From contig JANJFQ010000003.1 of the NCBI GenBank assembly GCA_025435355.1, forward strand, positions 1-51,216: a stretch of DNA of 51,216 nt, written 5' to 3'. The notes beneath the pieces are model-generated. The model had not been told where the DNA came from. It saw nothing but the letters and a program-made list of their open reading frames with translations, and did no database searches. Of this stretch, positions 48,586-51,216 are shown one piece after another; positions within the stretch are counted from its first letter, which is position 1; the number at the start of each line of letters is the position of its first letter. This DNA is from Candidatus Methanophagales archaeon. GTDB taxonomy: Archaea > Halobacteriota > Syntropharchaeia > Alkanophagales > Methanospirareceae. Position numbers and translations under genes: made by a program.

Positions 48586-49560
48586 CTATGCCGACATTTT
48601 TAGAATTGGATGTGGTTCCTTCGTCTCTATTCCGTGTTCTGCATGGTTAGCCTCTGCAACAATCATATCTGCCATGCCAACCAGCGGGAACACCTTCGGA
48701 GCATTCTCGATTGGTCCGTAAAGCACGAAATCCTGACCCGCCATTACCGGGATAATATTAGAGGCTATGTCACAGATACTGAACACGTCTGCACCAAGTC
48801 CTTCCCAGCCAGCCGGTCCTTTTGTCGCATGCTCCTTCCGGAACGTCTTCAGCCATGTCCATGCAGAAGGTGCATTGTGGATACCCAACCCCACGGCAAT
48901 ACCGAATTTCGATTTGACGACGAAGCCAGAAGCAACAGCTGATCCAACCCCTGCGCCTATGGGTAGTGTAGCGGGATCACACATCTGTTTCGTTACACCC
49001 ATGTCCCGTGCAAGATGCACCAATCCTTTCTCGAAGGTACCTGCTCCTGTCTCTAACAAATCAATCTTCCCTGCTACCGTTGAATCTTTTGGATTGAACG
49101 CTAAGATAATCGCTGCTTCCAGCCTGGAATCTTTGATTGCTTCCAGCTCCGCTTCAGAACACGAAATGTTTATAGAGTTATACACCGCTTTATCTATCAG
49201 TCCAACTTCATCAGCATACTTGAGCCCTGCAACCTTTGCTTCTGCCACTGTCGAGTCAATCAAGAAGGGAACATCACTTACCTCGGTACAGAATGCGATT
49301 TCTTTCTCCATTGCCTCTGATGACTCTGAAAATATCTGCATCATGCATGGATTGCCGGTTAAATCCGAAAACTCCTCTTGCTTCTTTATCACGTCTTCCG
49401 CTGCTTTCTTGTCAAATATACCTTTATCCGCATCTTCGACCAGATAATGCTTCGCATAGAATATCGTACCACAAAGAACAGTTGCGCACTCTCCTGGCTG
49501 TCCTCCTACCTTCGCTTTACCTATCTCATATATATCCTGCTTCCTATCAAATACAAACAT
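48586..49560 (-). CDS. mtrH: Tetrahydromethanopterin S-methyltransferase subunit H
   Basis: GGQPGE..TVL.GTIFY, PFLIDST, YNSIN, G.HNAPSAW.W, DFVLYGPIE. Confidence 0.97.
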   Translation of the reverse strand: MFVFDRKQDIYEIGKAKVGGQPGECATVLCGTIFYAKHYLVEDADKGIFDKKAAEDVIKKQEEFSDLTGNPCMMQIFSESSEAMEKEIAFCTEVSDVPFLIDSTVAEAKVAGLKYADEVGLIDKAVYNSINISCSEAELEAIKDSRLEAAIILAFNPKDSTVAGKIDLLETGAGTFEKGLVHLARDMGVTKQMCDPATLPIGAGVGSAVASGFVVKSKFGIAVGLGIHNAPSAWTWLKTFRKEHATKGPAGWEGLGADVFSICDIASNIIPVMAGQDFVLYGPIENAPKVFPLVGMADMIVAEANHAEHGIETKEPHPILKMSA

Positions 49561-49579
49561 TTTTTCTGCCCTCCTTTTC

Positions 49580-49873
49580 TTATCCTATCAGGAATATCAC
49601 GTATACAAGTATTCCTATTATCAGCCCGTACAAAAGACCAATCGCAAAACCCATTTTCTCTCCCTGTCTCTGCGCAAGCTCGCCCGTGACAAACTCCACC
49701 TTCTCGTCCATCGCCGCTAATCTGCCCAGTAGTTTTGTGTGCTCTGGTGGTGTCATTGCAACAGGAACTGCTAACTCCTTCAGTTCCTCTTCTAACTTCT
49801 CCAACACCTCTGCTTCTACTTCTCTCTCTATCTCCTTTTCCAGCTCTTCCTCTGTTTTTTTCTCTTCTCCCAT
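49580..49873 (-). CDS. mtrG: Mtr subunit G
   Basis: RL..MDEKVEF..GEL.QR.G...G..IGLLYG. Confidence 0.92.
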   Translation of the reverse strand: MGEEKKTEEELEKEIEREVEAEVLEKLEEELKELAVPVAMTPPEHTKLLGRLAAMDEKVEFVTGELAQRQGEKMGFAIGLLYGLIIGILVYVIFLIG

Positions 49874-49892
49874 TCTTTATTTCTCCTTTGTT

Positions 49893-50090
49893 TTATGCCC
49901 ACGTCATAACTCTAAATCCGGCGAGAAGCAGACTCACGAATAGCCCGATTGCCATCCCTTTTATGAATCCTACCCAGAGACCGGCTGCGAACCTCGAATC
50001 CTTGCCTATTAACGTTATGGACTTTCTCAAGTCCTCTATTTTTGCAGTTATCACCGCCGTTTCCGGTGTTTGTTGAATTACTTTTGCCAT
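49893..50090 (-). CDS. mtrF: Mtr subunit F
   Basis: IEDLR....LIGKD.RF.AGL....KG.AIG; position between mtrA and mtrG. Confidence 0.85.
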   Translation of the reverse strand: MAKVIQQTPETAVITAKIEDLRKSITLIGKDSRFAAGLWVGFIKGMAIGLFVSLLLAGFRVMTWA

Positions 50091-50831
50091 TTAGGACACC
50101 CCCCATAAGATAAGAGGCAGAAGAAACACAATTGCCGCTATCAGCCCTGCCAATATTCCCAGTATAGAATTCATGGAGAGCCCCGATGATAACTTCTGGT
50201 CCCTCGCAATTAACTGACTCTTGTATGTGATATCCTTCGTGGCTCGATTTATTACGTCCATGAATGGAGAAGCGGGCATTGCTAAAGGCATTGCCAACAC
50301 TGCCCCCACTGCTTCCTCTTCGCCCACCTTTACAAACATCGGGTCTTCCGGATAAGCGCCAGGGTCCCTTGCCTTCAGCTCATTTACTTTTGCCATTATC
50401 GTCCCATAGTCTTCCTCACCTATCATGTCAATTATTTCCACCTGATCTCTGAATCGCGCGATCGCAGTATCCGGTAGATTCTCGATGAAGGGTATTGCAC
50501 CTGTCGTGTCTATTATCTTATGTGTATTGGGGTCAACGCCATTTTTCCACAGTGCTATCATCGAACCTCCGCTTATATGCCCCGGAACTTCCGCACCTGC
50601 AACGATGAGGAATCTTATGTTCGGATTTGAGATCATGTTCGTTATCATCTTCTCTAACCCGATGTTCTCTGTTTTATCAGGTCCCTGTATCGCAATCCCG
50701 GGCAGGTGTTCGATGTGGAAATAAGACCCCGTTGACGATATTGCCACCGGGCTTTCCGGATCGCCGACTTCATAGTCACCGGTGACGAGCGGCCATTTTT
50801 CCGGAACTTCTTTCTTCTCCGCCATATTCAC
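50091..50831 (-). CDS. mtrA: Mtr subunit A (corrinoid protein)
   Basis: WP...GDY.VGDP.SPVA, KTENIG.EK, SNPNIRF, EV.GH.SG, GAIPFIEN, C-terminal TM. Confidence 0.97.
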   Translation of the reverse strand: MNMAEKKEVPEKWPLVTGDYEVGDPESPVAISSTGSYFHIEHLPGIAIQGPDKTENIGLEKMITNMISNPNIRFLIVAGAEVPGHISGGSMIALWKNGVDPNTHKIIDTTGAIPFIENLPDTAIARFRDQVEIIDMIGEEDYGTIMAKVNELKARDPGAYPEDPMFVKVGEEEAVGAVLAMPLAMPASPFMDVINRATKDITYKSQLIARDQKLSSGLSMNSILGILAGLIAAIVFLLPLILWGVS

Positions 50832-51127
50832 GCACCTCCTATTTTAAATAATGCAAGTGTTACCGCTAACACACCAAACATCACTCCGAACACGAACATC
50901 GTTATGAAGCCCGCTTTACTCAATGCTCCTTCTCTGTGCGGCTGAGACATCAAGAACCCACTCGTTGGGTCGAGGCAATTGACAAGGTCCTCCACTGAAG
51001 CTTCCATGACTGCTATTTGCTCTTCTATCGGTGAAAGGTTCACTTTGTAGAATCCTGGTCTGCTCTCTCCTACTTTGAGCGAGTCCGGGTCCAGCACCAC
51101 ACCATATTTCTCATTTATTACCAACAT
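50828..51127 (-). CDS. mtrB: Mtr subunit B
   Basis: LDP...VGE, PI.EQ, DL...LDP, P.REG....AG. Confidence 0.9.
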   Translation of the reverse strand: MLVINEKYGVVLDPDSLKVGESRPGFYKVNLSPIEEQIAVMEASVEDLVNCLDPTSGFLMSQPHREGALSKAGFITMFVFGVMFGVLAVTLALFKIGGA

Positions 51128-51143
51128 GTTTTTACCTCCTATG

Positions 51144-51216
51144 TTATTCTATTGTCTTGATTAGCCCCGTTCCAACGGTCGAATATGCCTCGCGCATAGC
51201 TATCTTTACGAACTTT
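51144..51216 (-). CDS. mtrC: Mtr subunit C, C-terminal end (truncated by window)
   Basis: KFVKIAMREAYSTVGTGLIKTIE*; position upstream of mtrB. Confidence 0.75.
   Translation of the reverse strand, partial: KFVKIAMREAYSTVGTGLIKTIE

Noticed and set aside
48767-49943. Long antisense ORFs over mtrH/mtrG (and similar ones over srp54, serA, arc, pafA)
   Set aside because: Ser/Phe/Pro-rich shadow frames of purine-biased genes, with no motifs.
48586-51216. mtr operon as a novelty
   Set aside because: Canonical order C-B-A-F-G-H with conserved motifs; only a short acidic N-extension on MtrG.

Overview
Archaeal chromosomal window, most likely from an anaerobic methanotroph/methanogen-related Halobacteriota lineage; ANME-1/Methanophagales is my best guess from the mtr operon, fwdB and gene style, and is inference only. 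The backbone is housekeeping genes (trm5, rlmE, moaA, tRNA-Gln, trpA, eno, serA, rpl32e, srp54, sppA, oapABC-like, aIF-1A-rio1-KH-pcm-psd, proS, mtrC'BAFGH) with three striking accessory loci. (1) 17.9-23.4 kb: a bacterial-type Pup/UBact tagging cassette (ARC/Mpa-like ATPase, PafA-like, Dop-like, and an 89-aa disordered modifier ending -SGE). It has no 20S proteasome genes, sits next to a tyrosine recombinase, and shows unusual active-site substitutions. (2) 12.4-15.0 kb: a secreted polymorphic-toxin-like gene with an EndoU/BECR-type RNase-like tip and a tightly coupled putative immunity gene. (3) 40.5-45.2 kb: a CbbQ/NorQ-type MoxR ATPase with a NorD/CbbO-like partner split into two genes. 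The first carries about 10 tandem 37-42 aa helical repeats with a hypervariable loop, and the two halves are separated by a mosaic of captured gene scraps that includes a degraded rlmE copy. There are also many pseudogene fragments and short REP/MITE-like repeats. All protein calls are by-eye motif recognition, not database searches.
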